Shown here in pieces: positions 22,564 through 34,548 of a stretch of 64,000 nucleotides of DNA. This DNA comes from Squalus acanthias. Its lineage: Eukaryota. Position numbers and translations under genes: made by a program. The number at the start of each line of letters is the position of its first letter. Within the stretch, counting starts at the first letter, position 1. The notes under the pieces were generated by a model that did no database searches, was not told the DNA's origin, and was given only the letters and a program-made list of their open reading frames with translations. The stretch spans positions 123,816,001 through 123,880,000 of the forward strand of contig CM059431.1 of assembly GCA_030390025.1 (NCBI GenBank), given 5' to 3'.

Positions 22564-24375
22564 TCATGGGGCACTATTAGACGGTCCTGCGGCACCTACG
22601 GGGCCGGTTGCGACCGCCACCTGTCCACGCGCATTCAAAACCAGCTTGCGCATGGCTCCTAACACTGCTTCGAGGTCGTCGGGAGGGGTGGGTGCCTTGG
22701 CTTCCTTAGCCGGGACAGGCGCCTGGGCTCGGACCGCGGGATTTTTATCCTTGGAATCCTTCCAAGGGTTCCTGCAATGCTTGCGCCAGTGCCCTGTCTT
22801 CCCACACCCGTAACAAGCATTACTTGCCTGTGGGGCGCGATTACCCTCCTGATGCCACTCTCTTTGATACGGGGCTGCGGGTCGTACCTCATGTACTCTT
22901 CCCTTAAAGGGACGTGTCGTCATACCCCTTATATTACGATAACCTAACGTGAGTCGATTCAAGACCGACTCTTCCGTAAGGTTGAGGTCATTGGGATCAA
23001 ACCATGCTTTTGCCTGCTCTCTAACGGCTGGTAAACTGTTGGCTATTATGCACCTAAGCCAATGAGTTAAAGCGGCGCCTTCCACATCTTCGCGCTCGGG
23101 CGCACCTAGACAGCTGCGCTCATATACTGGCCACAGCCTGTCGGCAAAAACCTTCGGGGGTTCTCCCTCCATCTGCACTGTCTGTCCCACTCTAGCAAAC
23201 GGACCTCCGTCGTTCGCCCCCAACACTTCTAGGACCTCATTCTTTAATTCCTCATAACTCTTGTTTCCCCTCTTGCTCTCGCCTGAGAGACACTGAAGGA
23301 CCGAGCTGTCTAATGAGAACAGCAGCATTTTTGCTGTCTCCCCATCATCGCAGCCGTTAATGGCTGCGGCTTGCTCAACTTCTCTGAAATGTACGGAAGG
23401 GTCGTCTATCTCGGTCAGCTTCCGTACGTGATTTATCATAGCTCTCAGCTGATGTGAACTGTGAGGCAACACCAGCTGTCCGAGGAGATCCCCCGGTTCT
23501 TCCCCACCGTTTCTGCTTGGGCCCCTTTTAATACCCGTTACTGGATACAGCGATCCCTTTTCTACTTCCTTTTCAATGGGCTCTTTTGTTTCTTCCATTG
23601 CTTCCTCCCTAACCCAGGTTTCTGAATAGCTGGGTGGCGCGGAGGGCGCAGTGGCTACTACTTCTTCTGCTTTACTTGGTGGGGATTTTCTAAATCTCTC
23701 ATTTACTAGCGGCTGGTGCGCCGACGGATTGATAAGGCACACCATGCCGTTCGCATTGTTCACGGCCTTTTTGAGGTTCTCTATCTCCCTTTGGCAGGCG
23801 CTATGGTCGGCTCCCTGAAACTTATCCTCAAGGGCCAACTTATATGCCGACCTAACCCCCATTAAGCTCTCTTCTTGAGTTCTTATCTGGGCAGCTTGGC
23901 GGTTACATCTTTCCTTTAACCTGCTCTCATTCAATTTTGCCTCAGTGACCTGGCACTCGAGATAATCTATCCTTGTTTTAAGGTGACTGGAGACTTCCTG
24001 GCTTTCCTGGTGTAACTCATTTAAATTCTTAATGAGCACCTCCCCTCCAGAAACCTTCTCCTCCATTTCTCCCTCTAAATGACTGATTCGAGCTACTAGC
24101 GCTGTAATGGTCTGGTTTGAAATCTGAACCTGCCTTTTGTAGCACATAAGCCAGACTGCTTTCTCAAGTGTCTTTCTATGTTCTTTACTATCTGTCCACC
24201 TTTCAGCTGCCTCTAGTGGGCTCTTATCCGCTAACAATTCACTTATCCATTTCTTAGTTAGATTAACCTTTCCAAACACATAATCCGCTATCTTTTCCTG
24301 CATAACATTTCGTACAGTCATTCCAAAATCTAACACACTACCCTCTCGCTGCCAGTGTCCTGCCGCGGTCGCCAT
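22564..24375 (-). CDS. gag: Gag polyprotein, 603 aa from the first ATG
   Basis: ATG in good Kozak context (AAAATGG). N-terminal coiled-coil-like region, PSAPPSY late motif (23626-23646), and one CCHC knuckle CYGCGKTGHWRKHC (22774-22815). Confidence 0.93.
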   Translation of the reverse strand: MATAAGHWQREGSVLDFGMTVRNVMQEKIADYVFGKVNLTKKWISELLADKSPLEAAERWTDSKEHRKTLEKAVWLMCYKRQVQISNQTITALVARISHLEGEMEEKVSGGEVLIKNLNELHQESQEVSSHLKTRIDYLECQVTEAKLNESRLKERCNRQAAQIRTQEESLMGVRSAYKLALEDKFQGADHSACQREIENLKKAVNNANGMVCLINPSAHQPLVNERFRKSPPSKAEEVVATAPSAPPSYSETWVREEAMEETKEPIEKEVEKGSLYPVTGIKRGPSRNGGEEPGDLLGQLVLPHSSHQLRAMINHVRKLTEIDDPSVHFREVEQAAAINGCDDGETAKMLLFSLDSSVLQCLSGESKRGNKSYEELKNEVLEVLGANDGGPFARVGQTVQMEGEPPKVFADRLWPVYERSCLGAPEREDVEGAALTHWLRCIIANSLPAVREQAKAWFDPNDLNLTEESVLNRLTLGYRNIRGMTTRPFKGRVHEVRPAAPYQREWHQEGNRAPQASNACYGCGKTGHWRKHCRNPWKDSKDKNPAVRAQAPVPAKEAKAPTPPDDLEAVLGAMRKLVLNARGQVAVATGPVGAAGPSNSAP

Positions 24376-24560
24376 TTTCTGTAAGGGATTCCTGACCCTG
24401 CGTGTCTCGCAGCCTGTGAGATTCACGCGGCTCTGTGCAGCCTGTATGTCAGTGCGGGTCTAGGCCTGGTTGCCTGTTCTGGTCTCCAGCCAGTCTGGGA
24501 ACACTAGACACACCTGTGAGTGGTTCGAATCACTCTCCCTTACGGTTCTAGACACTGGAC

Positions 24561-26100
24561 TTAGATGCGAGAGCAGTAATGGAGATAAAACTCATGTAGA
24601 CTTGGTTTGAATGGTACGAAATGGAAAATCTTTATTGCATGATACTTAAAATTATGAAATACATGTCATAAGCACAGATTAATGACAGTACAATCTTACA
24701 AACAGTTATATAGTCGATCTTAGGGAAACGAGGAACGAACGGCACAAAGTAAATAGGGGCACACATTACAAATATCCTTAATCCTTAAACCCTCCCCTAT
24801 CAATATCTATCCTAAACTAGCTTCGTAGGATCTCGAGACTCATGCTCACCACTCGTGATAACTCGGAGAAATTCCGAATAGCTGATCGGATGTTTTTCAC
24901 CGCAGCACCCACGTGTCGGTCAGGAGATCTCCTGGTCCCACTTGTTTACTTGCTTCTGCTGCTCCGGCTAGTAGGCTGGACCGTCTGCTGTGATGAAGAC
25001 CTGTGTTGGTTGGCTTAACAGGTACTCTTGGAGCACAGTTGTCAATATCATCGATACGATGTGTTTTCACGTTCCAATCTCCTTAGACACAGTCCCGTTA
25101 TCGTCGATGCAATATGTTTTGTTAAAAGTTCAAAATAGAAATCTTCCTGGCGAGGAAAACTTGGCTGATCGACCTACAGGCGCGGTCGGGATTTACTGAC
25201 CGTGGCGATGGATATGGTCTTCCTCTCTTCTCCTCTCATCTCATCTCATCTCATCTCATCTCGGGCCTTTGGTTCCGCTGCCAGTTACCAACATAGGTCT
25301 TCGTTACGCGACACGAGGTAGATCCGAACGGATCAGAAAGTTCAACAGTCTTTTCAGAAGAGGCAACGGGCAAGCAGAAGCCCAACTACGAGTACACAGG
25401 AGCAGCCACGAGGTTACGAATCGACCGGATAAAACACAGGAGCAAGCGAGCGAATGCAAGAGCAAGAGAGAGAATGGACGGTTTGGAGCCTGCAATTATA
25501 GTGCAAAAATCTTCCGTTTCCCGCCCAACTATAATGTCCATTCTTTTGTTTAGGGTTTGGCGCCCAAATGTCTTGTATGGGTGATCTCCGTTCTTAATGG
25601 GTTTCGGGGCTACTCATAAATGTCTGAGTGCCTGTTAATATTTCTCCCATTGTTAAATCGGTCGGTGTTCTCCCTGGAGGGGTTTGGGGCTTCCAAGTGT
25701 CCTGTATAACTACCTGCTAACGGCTCTCTCATCGTAGAGTCGTTGGGATTTACATATTAATGTCTTTTGGATGGGCCCTTGATTACTCGGTACAATGGCT
25801 TTCCTTTGTACCTGGGAGACCGATTCCAGTATCTATGTTTATACTGCAAACCCATAATGTCTCGTGTACCATCTTCACTGTGCTGAATCGTTATCGATCT
25901 TGCACAAATGTTTAATGGAACGCCATCTTGTCTGCCTGTTGAAAAGTCTAGAATGTTCTGTCACGAGGTGCGGCGGCCATTTTACAGGCTGCTTGTGTCC
26001 AATTTAAACCTGCCAGCATTCTGCTGAAATAAAAGCTGTTTGAACGAAACTTTGTGTTTTCTCCTCATTAATCAAATCGCGATATATTGTGAATTCTACA
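24561..26100 (-). repeat. 5' LTR, 1540 bp, element-sense TGTAGA...TCTAA
   Basis: Matches 13394-14933. By-eye comparison found two substitutions (14433/25600 and 14923/26090) and no indels. Confidence 0.97.
25475..25563 (-). promoter_or_regulatory. Candidate LTR core promoter
   Basis: TTTGGCGC and TTTCCCGC (E2F consensus), a GC box, CGGAAG, TATAAT at 25500-25495, and an Inr-like CCATTCTCTC about 25 nt downstream. Confidence 0.5.
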
Positions 26101-28428
26101 ATATATATGGGAGGGAAGGACATTCTGTTGCAGTGAATGATGCTATACCTGAATTCTCAGATATCAGAAACATTTTAGGAAAGCACAGCATCCTTAAGCA
26201 TAAACAAAGTAAATCTCCAAGTGAAAACACAAGTGATCCACAGAGCAATGCCAATTACACTGCTTTGAGTCCCTCAGCTCTCAGTTTAAAGAAGAAACAG
26301 GCAGTACCTAACCTGTGACTGGTGGAGGTGTAGGAACAACAGGTCTCAAGTCAGTATGACAGCTTTGAGGTGACAATAGTAATTAATTTAAATAATAAAG
26401 TTTCCTTGAGGTGTAGCATTAGAATCATAGAATTATTCAACACAGAAGGAGGCCATTCAGATCATTGTGCCTGTGCCGCCTCTTTGAAAGAGCTATCCAA
26501 TTAGTCCCACTCCTCTGCTCTTTCCCCGTAGCCCTGCAAAATTTCTTTTCAAGTTTATATCCAATTCCCTTTGTAAATTCCATTCTGCCTCCCACCCAAA
26601 GACAGAGAAGTCTTGCTTATTTTTCCTGTGAATTGCACCCACGACACAGGCACATCTCAAACACAAGGCTGAGGAAAATTGTCCCGCTAAATTTATCATA
26701 TCAGAAGAGCAGATACATTGCATTGACTTGGGGCAAGGATATGCCCTTGCTGCATATCAGCAGCATAACATTTCTCTGAATACTATGTCTGTTTATGGAC
26801 CAATCATATATATTTCTTAACTTTATACTTCCCTTTTCCCTTATAGCTATCTAATTAGACACTACATTAATAGATCTTGCTGAACTTTTATTCAAAGGTC
26901 TAAGTTAAGTAGTTAGAGCTTGGATTCTGCCCCCGATTCTGTTTTATCCCTAGCTAATATCCAAAGAACATCCCATTTAAAGATGTCTAAGGGATTAGCC
27001 AAGCTCGGGCCCCTCCTCCTCAATACTGGCAGCAGTCAGATATGCCTTCCATGCTATAATCATTACTGCTCTCAGCTTAGAGCTAAAATGGGGCTGGCAG
27101 AAGAAGGTTTGGTTTAATGTGCAGCAGTTACAAAAAAGTATTTTAAACTTACAAAACAAAGTACTATTTAGGACGTTTTTCTACATGAGGTATTTATTTT
27201 ACTATTAAACAGTCAACAGTATTAACCACAAAAGTCAGGTAATGTAAAGGTGTTAAATTCCACTAGCTGTTACGGGAAGATTTTAGGATGGATTAAGCAT
27301 ACTTTCCACACAGGGCTTCTTTTACATATCTCTGTATTGGATCTTATAAGCTTTTTGCAGTATATCGTAATCCCACTGTAGTGCTGATGCTTTTTTTAAA
27401 ATAAACCCCCAAGGCCAGCATTTCAGTAAACAAAGACATTAGAAACCTTTTTAATGGGACAGCCCACCCCTACCCCCCATCTCCTCCCCCCATTCCCTCC
27501 CCACCCCAACCCCATAGCATGCAAAATGTTAACTTTATCCAAATTATTCCTGTGAAGAAATTACGGTAAAAACACAGTGGAATTCTATCTGAGCCTGAGC
27601 AACTGCCTTTAGCGAACATTCTTCTTAAGGTGGTGCTTGCACCCATTAGTGCGTGTGTACTAAGCACCTCACATTGCTAAAGCCATTGTTCATTGTCACG
27701 TGAGTCTTCTTTTAAGCTAGCCAGTTTTCACCTTTTGCAAACCAATGGCATTTTTCAAAGGGAGAAATTTTTTTTTCTCTTTTCACTGATCCATGTACAG
27801 ATATTTGGCATTCATTATTTAAGTGTTAATAACCAGTGTTGTTCATGCACATTGTGATCTATACTGATCAAAATATATGCAAAATGTCTGTCAAGTCAAC
27901 AATTCACTTTCTGAAGTGATCTCACAGTTGATGGTCAGTTGTATTTTAATTTCAAAATTACATTCTGCTATTCAAAGCAGCTAACTAATAATTAACGATT
28001 TGAATGCCTTAGTCTTTTACATTCACTTTATTCAGTGTCTCATAGAAGCTTTAACTGAGCAACTTCTTAACAATTATCAGATATTACCTCATTCATATTC
28101 AAGGGCAAATAACAGAAAGCCACAGAATAACATTAATAATTTCAAATGCAATGCTAATCAACCCTCCATGATTAGATGTCAATGTTCTAGTAAAAGTTTG
28201 ACATTCCCCTAGCCTCAATCTAAATCATGAAAAGCAAAATATTTGAAGTAAAAGAGCAAAACTTATAATCACCTTTAGGACTGACAAGGTTATTTTTGAA
28301 AACAAGCAATCTGTTAATCCAGGTAAAAGTCTATTTTCCAACTATATTGTTGCAGTTGACGTTGGATAATGTGTTTTCCACACAGGGAGACATCAAGACA
28401 GGTTTCATTGGGAACTGGCTGAAGCAGT

Positions 28429-30181
28429 GGGGGGAATTTTTTGTGGGTCAGCGGGCGTGTTCGGTGGCAGGTCGGGTGGGAAAAATATTTTTTTTGACAG
28501 CGGGTCGGGACTCCGCTGTCAACCTGCCGCTACACAACTTTCCCAGATGTCGGGTATGTGAGAGCTGAACAGACCTGACACGCAGCGGCTGGGGAGGCAA
28601 TTCAGGTCATTATGAACTTGTTAACAGCTCATTAAAAAGTGTTTTGCACTCACATTTACATTTTACTAGGTCACCCACGGGATCCACGCTGCTTGGGGAT
28701 CATGCCAGTTAAGGAGGTCGGGAGTTGTATGACCATGGAATCATCTCATTACTTGACAGCTACAAATGTGCTATAAAAGCTCCCATCTCACAACTGTTCA
28801 CTTTCCAAGCTCAGAATCTGTTGCTTACTGCATTTGGAAGACAGATTGAGCTTTATGCAGGTTGCAAGTGTTTGGAGTAAACTCTCTATCCAGTGTCACC
28901 TCACTGGAACAACCTCTCTCACCATTGACAGATCGCTTCTGTCATCTCAAGTTCACCTGCCATCTATTACATCAACATCGGTGCCCTTGAAACTATCTCA
29001 CCTTGGTCCTCAGAATCCCACCACGATCAGCCCCAACACCAGCAGCACCAACAACAACACCAACCTTCTCCACAATCAACTGATGCTGCACAGGACACAG
29101 GGCTTCAGCACCCGACCACATCGCTGCCCGGGAGGCAAGGGATGGCCTCACCATGGCCAGATTTACTTCACTTGACGCTGCCGCATGATGCGCCAGGTCG
29201 GCACCACCCACACCAACACCACAAAGCATTCCTACAATGCCCAAGCCATTCCTTTCACACTCATGACCATTGCTGGGGGTACCGTTATGTCTCACCATTC
29301 ACTGTAACTTACTAAGCCACTTCCAAAGGTGCACATAGATCTGTCCAAGAACGCAAAGTGTTCAAAATAAATGTTTCAATGTTTGACACCACATTAATAG
29401 AAACTTTACATGAACATTGGCTAAAAGTTCCAAGTGCCTACCCTTGTGTGTTGTTAGTTGGTATGATTGGACTAAGATGAGGTTGAGTGTGAGGGGTGTC
29501 TAGTGAGATGGGGAAGTATTAATGTAGATAGGGAGGGATCTGTGGAGGTGCAAGGTAAGTTGGTGTGAGTACGGATGTGCAGGAGTAGGGTGGGGAAGGC
29601 AGAGTGACAGGGATGCGATGAGTGGCAGAGCAGGATGAGGTTGAGTGTGGCTTTGCAGTAATTTTTCGTGATCTACTGAGATCATTGAGAGGCTTACGCC
29701 ATTGCAGCCTGGTCCTCCTGACAACATCCCTGCTTGTCTCCTCCTGTGCAATGTGCAACCAGGCTACGTTGGTCTACTGGGGAGGTTTCTTCCACCCATT
29801 GGAAGGGAAGAGGACCTCCCTGCTTGCTGTGACTCCCTGCATAAGCATATGGAGGGAGTCATGGGAGAGCCTGGGTGCAGCCGTGCACCTCTGTGCAGTG
29901 CTTATCAGTGTTTGCAGCACCTCAAGGCTGTAGAACACTGACAGCACAACTGTCAAAATCAATTTGCGCATGGTCCCTTAAGAAAACGGGCTGATGACGC
30001 GCCATCAAATGACGTCATCAGACCCGCTTCCTTCAATTGTCCGTCAAACGCGCAGAGCGGGCTTAACAAGCCCAATCAATGTAAATGCATTCTGCACAGT
30101 GGGCTGGAGCCAGCAGCGGGGTCGGGACCCGCTACTGACGTCGCCCGCCACAGACCCGCCGAGGTGGGGGAAATCGCGACC
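28429..30181. mobile_element. Non-autonomous Harbinger element
   Basis: TSD AGT/AGT, degenerate TIRs, colinear with 4218-6094. Confidence 0.8.
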
Positions 30182-33004
30182 AGTGAGTTAGTATAATGAC
30201 CTTTCACGTATTGCAGCCAAGTACAAATCCTGCCCAAACTGATGGAATGACAACTTTCCCCTGTGCTTCCTTTAAGAGTTCGAAATGAGCTAAGTTTCAG
30301 CAGGCTCTGCTCAGTTCTAACGGGTTCAGATCCACAACATAAAACGGCCCATTGTCGGGACGCATTTGGCACAGAATTGTAAATCTCACTCAGGGAAGCC
30401 ACAAAGATGGCTGGTGTGGGAAATTGAAAAAAAAACACACTCGCACAGTGAGAAGTGCTCTTTTGAGGCTCAGATTAAAGCTCACTGGGGTTAGGATTCC
30501 TCTGGCTGTTATTGGTAGTGACATTATAATTACTTTTGTGATCATTTCTCTGTTTGCTATTTCTATTGACACGAACATGATCTAAATTTACGATTTGGCT
30601 AGAAATACCAAACATATGAAAGCTTCACAGAAGCATTTACAATGTTGCTACAAATAGGGACAAAAGGAAATCTTATCCCATTATTGAGGTAGACTCAATA
30701 TACTTAAACATTGAATGCTGGATGCTGGTTTTCAGAGTAATACAGTAATACATTCCCAACCAATGGCATTCCTCACCTTGATAAGCACAAAAATTCATTA
30801 AAAATACAAATTAGAAGTAAATTAAGCAAGTGTTATCGTGCTGCAATTAAAAAAAAACACAATTTGTGTCTCCTGTGGATTGTCCCTTATTACAAATTTT
30901 CAATTGAAATTAGTTTCTGCCTCTAGGCATTTAGTCCATTCAGCCAATAAACAGATACATACAGCGTGCAAAACAGAGAGAACTTAAGGTTCAGTAAGAG
31001 GGTGTGAGATAGTGATAGTAACAGTAACAAATATTTGAGTTTGTTTATATTACAAGTTTATCAGACTGTTGGTGCAGTCATACAGAAATAAGGATGATTA
31101 GAGTTAAAGGATTTGTGAGCTTCCAGCATTATTGATTGCGTTTTGAGCACACAAATTAGTTTGGTATGCTACAGACACTGTAGGAGGTGATAACCACCAG
31201 AGGGCATCATGTGATTATAAGAGTTAACTGTGGGCAGCTTTGTTGAAATATGAAGGAATTGGGCTGTTCTTTCTCCCTTCTCTGAGAAGCAGAGCTTCTA
31301 ACAGAAAGGGATGGTGACGCTAAAAAATAGGGATATAATCACTGGCTCATAGTGTAGATTCTCAATGCACTTTCCATCCCTAGCTTTTCAGTTGTCACCA
31401 GTTAGTCTGACAGTTTGTCTCCAGGCGGGGTAGTCACTCGCTCACTTGAAAAAACTGTGGCTGAAAATGGAGGTGCTGTGAAGGGAATTACAGATGAGCA
31501 GCCGATTGATCCCTAAAACTGGCTTTCACTCACAGTTTGCAAGAGTTTTGTAAAGTATGGATCAGCATGTTTTAAACACTCTGAAATAGGGTTGCTATTT
31601 AACTGGTTTTGAACTGCACAGTGTGATATTTTTTTTTAAGTAGATGGCCTGGAAATTTCTAACATGAAAATTGGACAGAAACACCCTGGTTATTAAAATA
31701 AAAGTGATTTTTTCCCCCTCCTAACTTATTACATCGTCTTATGATGCGAAGGCAATAATTATTAAGGTTTTCAACAAATTTTCATCAAAAAGGAAAACAA
31801 CAAAACTCAAGTCATGTTTCTTCTGCCTTGCCCCTGTCTGGTTTGGAATTAGCAGGAGGAAATAGTCTTATTCCTAGATGTTTAAATTTTGTTACTTCAG
31901 AGATCAGAGCCACAGCATAAATATAAATTGTACATATACAGAAGATCCAATACAAATCTTTTGCTCTTTTACTTTTGTGTCGGGTTTTGTGGTTCCATAG
32001 GTACCGAACCCAAACCTGATCCTCATCATTTTATACAATTTTCTAGTGACAGTGCAGTTGATTTAATTGATTTCCGCGTATAAGCAGTTCAGTCCTTGGC
32101 TCTATTAATCGCACAAATCCTTCTGGAACACAATTCTTATGGGGAAATGTTTAGACTGCTGGGTGTAGAGGCACTTTAGATAGCTTTGCAGCATTAACTG
32201 TGTTCAATTTATACTGAACTGAGAAGTTCCCCTGTATTTCATTCAGTTACTGGTGAAGCTTTAAGCAATCCAATCAGATGCCATTGACATTACACAAATG
32301 TAATGTGTTTATCCCTGCAAATGAGGCACTTGACCTATGTAAGTGACACAACTTAGTGTACTATTGGCTGTAAATATGAATAATATCAACCAAAAAAAAA
32401 TCACACAGCAAATTATAGCCTATAAATTAATGTTGCCAATATTAAGAGCTGAATGTTTAACGTGTTTGTCTCTGGTAAAATAGCAAACAGAAATGTCAGA
32501 CAAATGCATTAAGCATTTATGCACTGATGTCATCAACGGCAATTTATAGGCTTGCATCTTAACAAAATGTAACTACACTATCGTTATTGAATACCTAAAA
32601 AAGAAAGAATCTTAACTAGCTGCAAAACTGCTACATCCAGGCCACATAATCTTGCCAAGGCATAGGCCAGCATTGTTGGAAGTGGGTCATTACTGGAGAG
32701 GCACGAAAACAGCTATGATTGTCATCAGCAAATCAACTACATTACATGCTCTGCAATCTGTAAATTGGAACAAAACAGAAACATCAGAACTCTAAAAGGT
32801 CACCAAAAAAACTGCTGGCAATGCTAAATAAAATCTCTGCATAGCTATTCCAACTGAAGTACAGTAATGGCTTCATCGCCCTCTCCAAGGCTAATGTGGT
32901 ATCTGATAAGTGATTGAATAATTTGCACTTCATTTGCAATCTTACTGTAAACTTTGTAAAGCCCACTGTTATATTCATTCCCTCAATATGAAATAAAATT
33001 TGAT

Positions 33005-33751
33005 GGCCTAGAAATTCCATTCCCTACGGGTGTGTACGCGCTGTGTACTCACCCGTAGGGCCAACGGAAGTGCCGGTTTTATGCATGCACTGGAAACCGG
33101 CACTTCCGTTCTCTGCAGAAAGGGCTTGACTGGACAAACACCTGCGCTGGATAGGAAGCGCGTACATTAGAAACTTCCATTTTTTTCCACACTGGCTTGA
33201 GTCCAGGTAAGTCGGGAACAGCTGCGCCTAGAAAAGCAGGCGCAAGGCCTGCTTTTAGCAGGCTAATAGTTTAAGAAAGTAAAAAAAATGTTTTCCACTG
33301 ATTTATCATTTAAAAATACTTTAAAGAAAGGTAAGTTTATTTTTAGCCCCGTTAAAAACTTTAATTATTTTTTTCAAATATTAAAATTTTTGTTTAAAAT
33401 AGTTAATTTATGTAATTTATAGTCATTTTAAAAATGTGATGTTTTTTCAAAAAAGTATTTGAAGTTTTACTTATGTTTTGGAGCTGATCTCTATTTATAG
33501 ATTTGACAGGTCTTCCTGTCAAATCTATGAATGGAGATTCCCTGCTCTGATTGGCTCCCCATGGCCCACGTGATCCCAGGGATGCTGCGATCCGCCTGCG
33601 CCCCTGGGATACGCGTGCCCTGCACACCGGCAGTTTGAAGAGGCACAGCAACGGAATTCTGCGCCTCCCGGGAGCCCTCCGGTCCAGGCGCAGATCTTTC
33701 CAGATCGCAGCCCTCCGCCCGCGGGAGGCCTGCAAACGGAATTTCTGGGCC
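33005..33751. mobile_element. Harbinger-type MITE
   Basis: TIR GGCCYAGAAATTCC (13/14) and TSD GAT. Confidence 0.85.
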
Positions 33752-33872
33752 GATATGTCTTCAGCTAACAAATCCTGTGTCTTCCATTCTTTCTTTTTGT
33801 GCCAAAGTAACATGAGATGTCTCTCATGTTTTCACAAGTAAGCTCACCACTGAGTTGGTGCAGGAAAACATT

Positions 33873-34545
33873 GGCCCGTAATTTGCGGTCGGCGGCGAAG
33901 AAAAGGCATTCGCCGCTGGCCCCAAAGTAAGCTTCCCACAAAGATCTCACGATCTCTGTGGTGAGAAGTTCGGCTTTTCTGATGCTTAGTTGAGATCAGT
34001 GTAAGTTACTGGGGAATCCCTACCGCGAGCTGCTGTGACGTCAAAAAGCTGTCTAAGCAGCCAATCACAATGCAGAATTCTCACAGGCCGGGAACCAGGA
34101 AGTGAATAAGCTCCTTTTCGTCTAACTTTTTAAAAATGTTATAGAGAGCAAAACAAAGATTGGGACACTCGCATGGAGAAAAGGTAAACCTGAAATAAAG
34201 ATGAATAAACCTTTAAAAAAAAACATATTTTAAAGGTTCTTAAAAATTGTAATTTTTATTAGAATGGATAAATTTGACAGTCAAAACCCCAGTTACATCT
34301 AATCCAAAAGAGTCTAACTTTTAATGGGCTATTTAACAACGATATTACTGCGGAAAAGCCAAAATTTTCGTCAATTTCATTGATTTCCCTGATTACACTG
34401 ATTGCTGGCTATGGGGGGTGGGGGTGGGGTGCCACAGCACAGCCAGTGTTTGAGCAGTGAATTACTGACCGTAACTTCGGGGTTCCTGCGCTAGGATGCG
34501 CATGCACTAAATCCTGAAGTTGCGGTCAGTTTCCAATTCCGGGCC
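33873..34545. mobile_element. Harbinger-type MITE
   Basis: TIR GGCCCG(T/G)AATT and TSD ATT. Confidence 0.75.
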
Positions 34546-34548
34546 ATT

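Larger units (their letters stand above)
13394..26100 (-). mobile_element. Full-length endogenous retrovirus-like provirus (lokiretrovirus-like): LTR-gag-pol-env-LTR
   Basis: Direct repeats 13394-14933 and 24561-26100 (constant offset 11167) flank three long open minus-strand ORFs with Gag, PR-RT-RH-RH-IN and envelope motifs. The provirus call is direct; the lokiretrovirus assignment is inferred from architecture. Confidence 0.96.

Noticed and set aside
24376..24426. GTG start for gag
   Set aside because: The ATG at 24375 has a strong Kozak context; nothing supports the upstream start.
24515..24560. tRNA gene suggested by GGTTCGAATC
   Set aside because: No cloverleaf, and no A box at the right spacing.
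25558..25567. TGGCGCCCAA resembling a tRNA-Lys primer-binding site
   Set aside because: It is on the wrong strand and inside the LTR; only 10 nt match, and it overlaps an E2F-like site.
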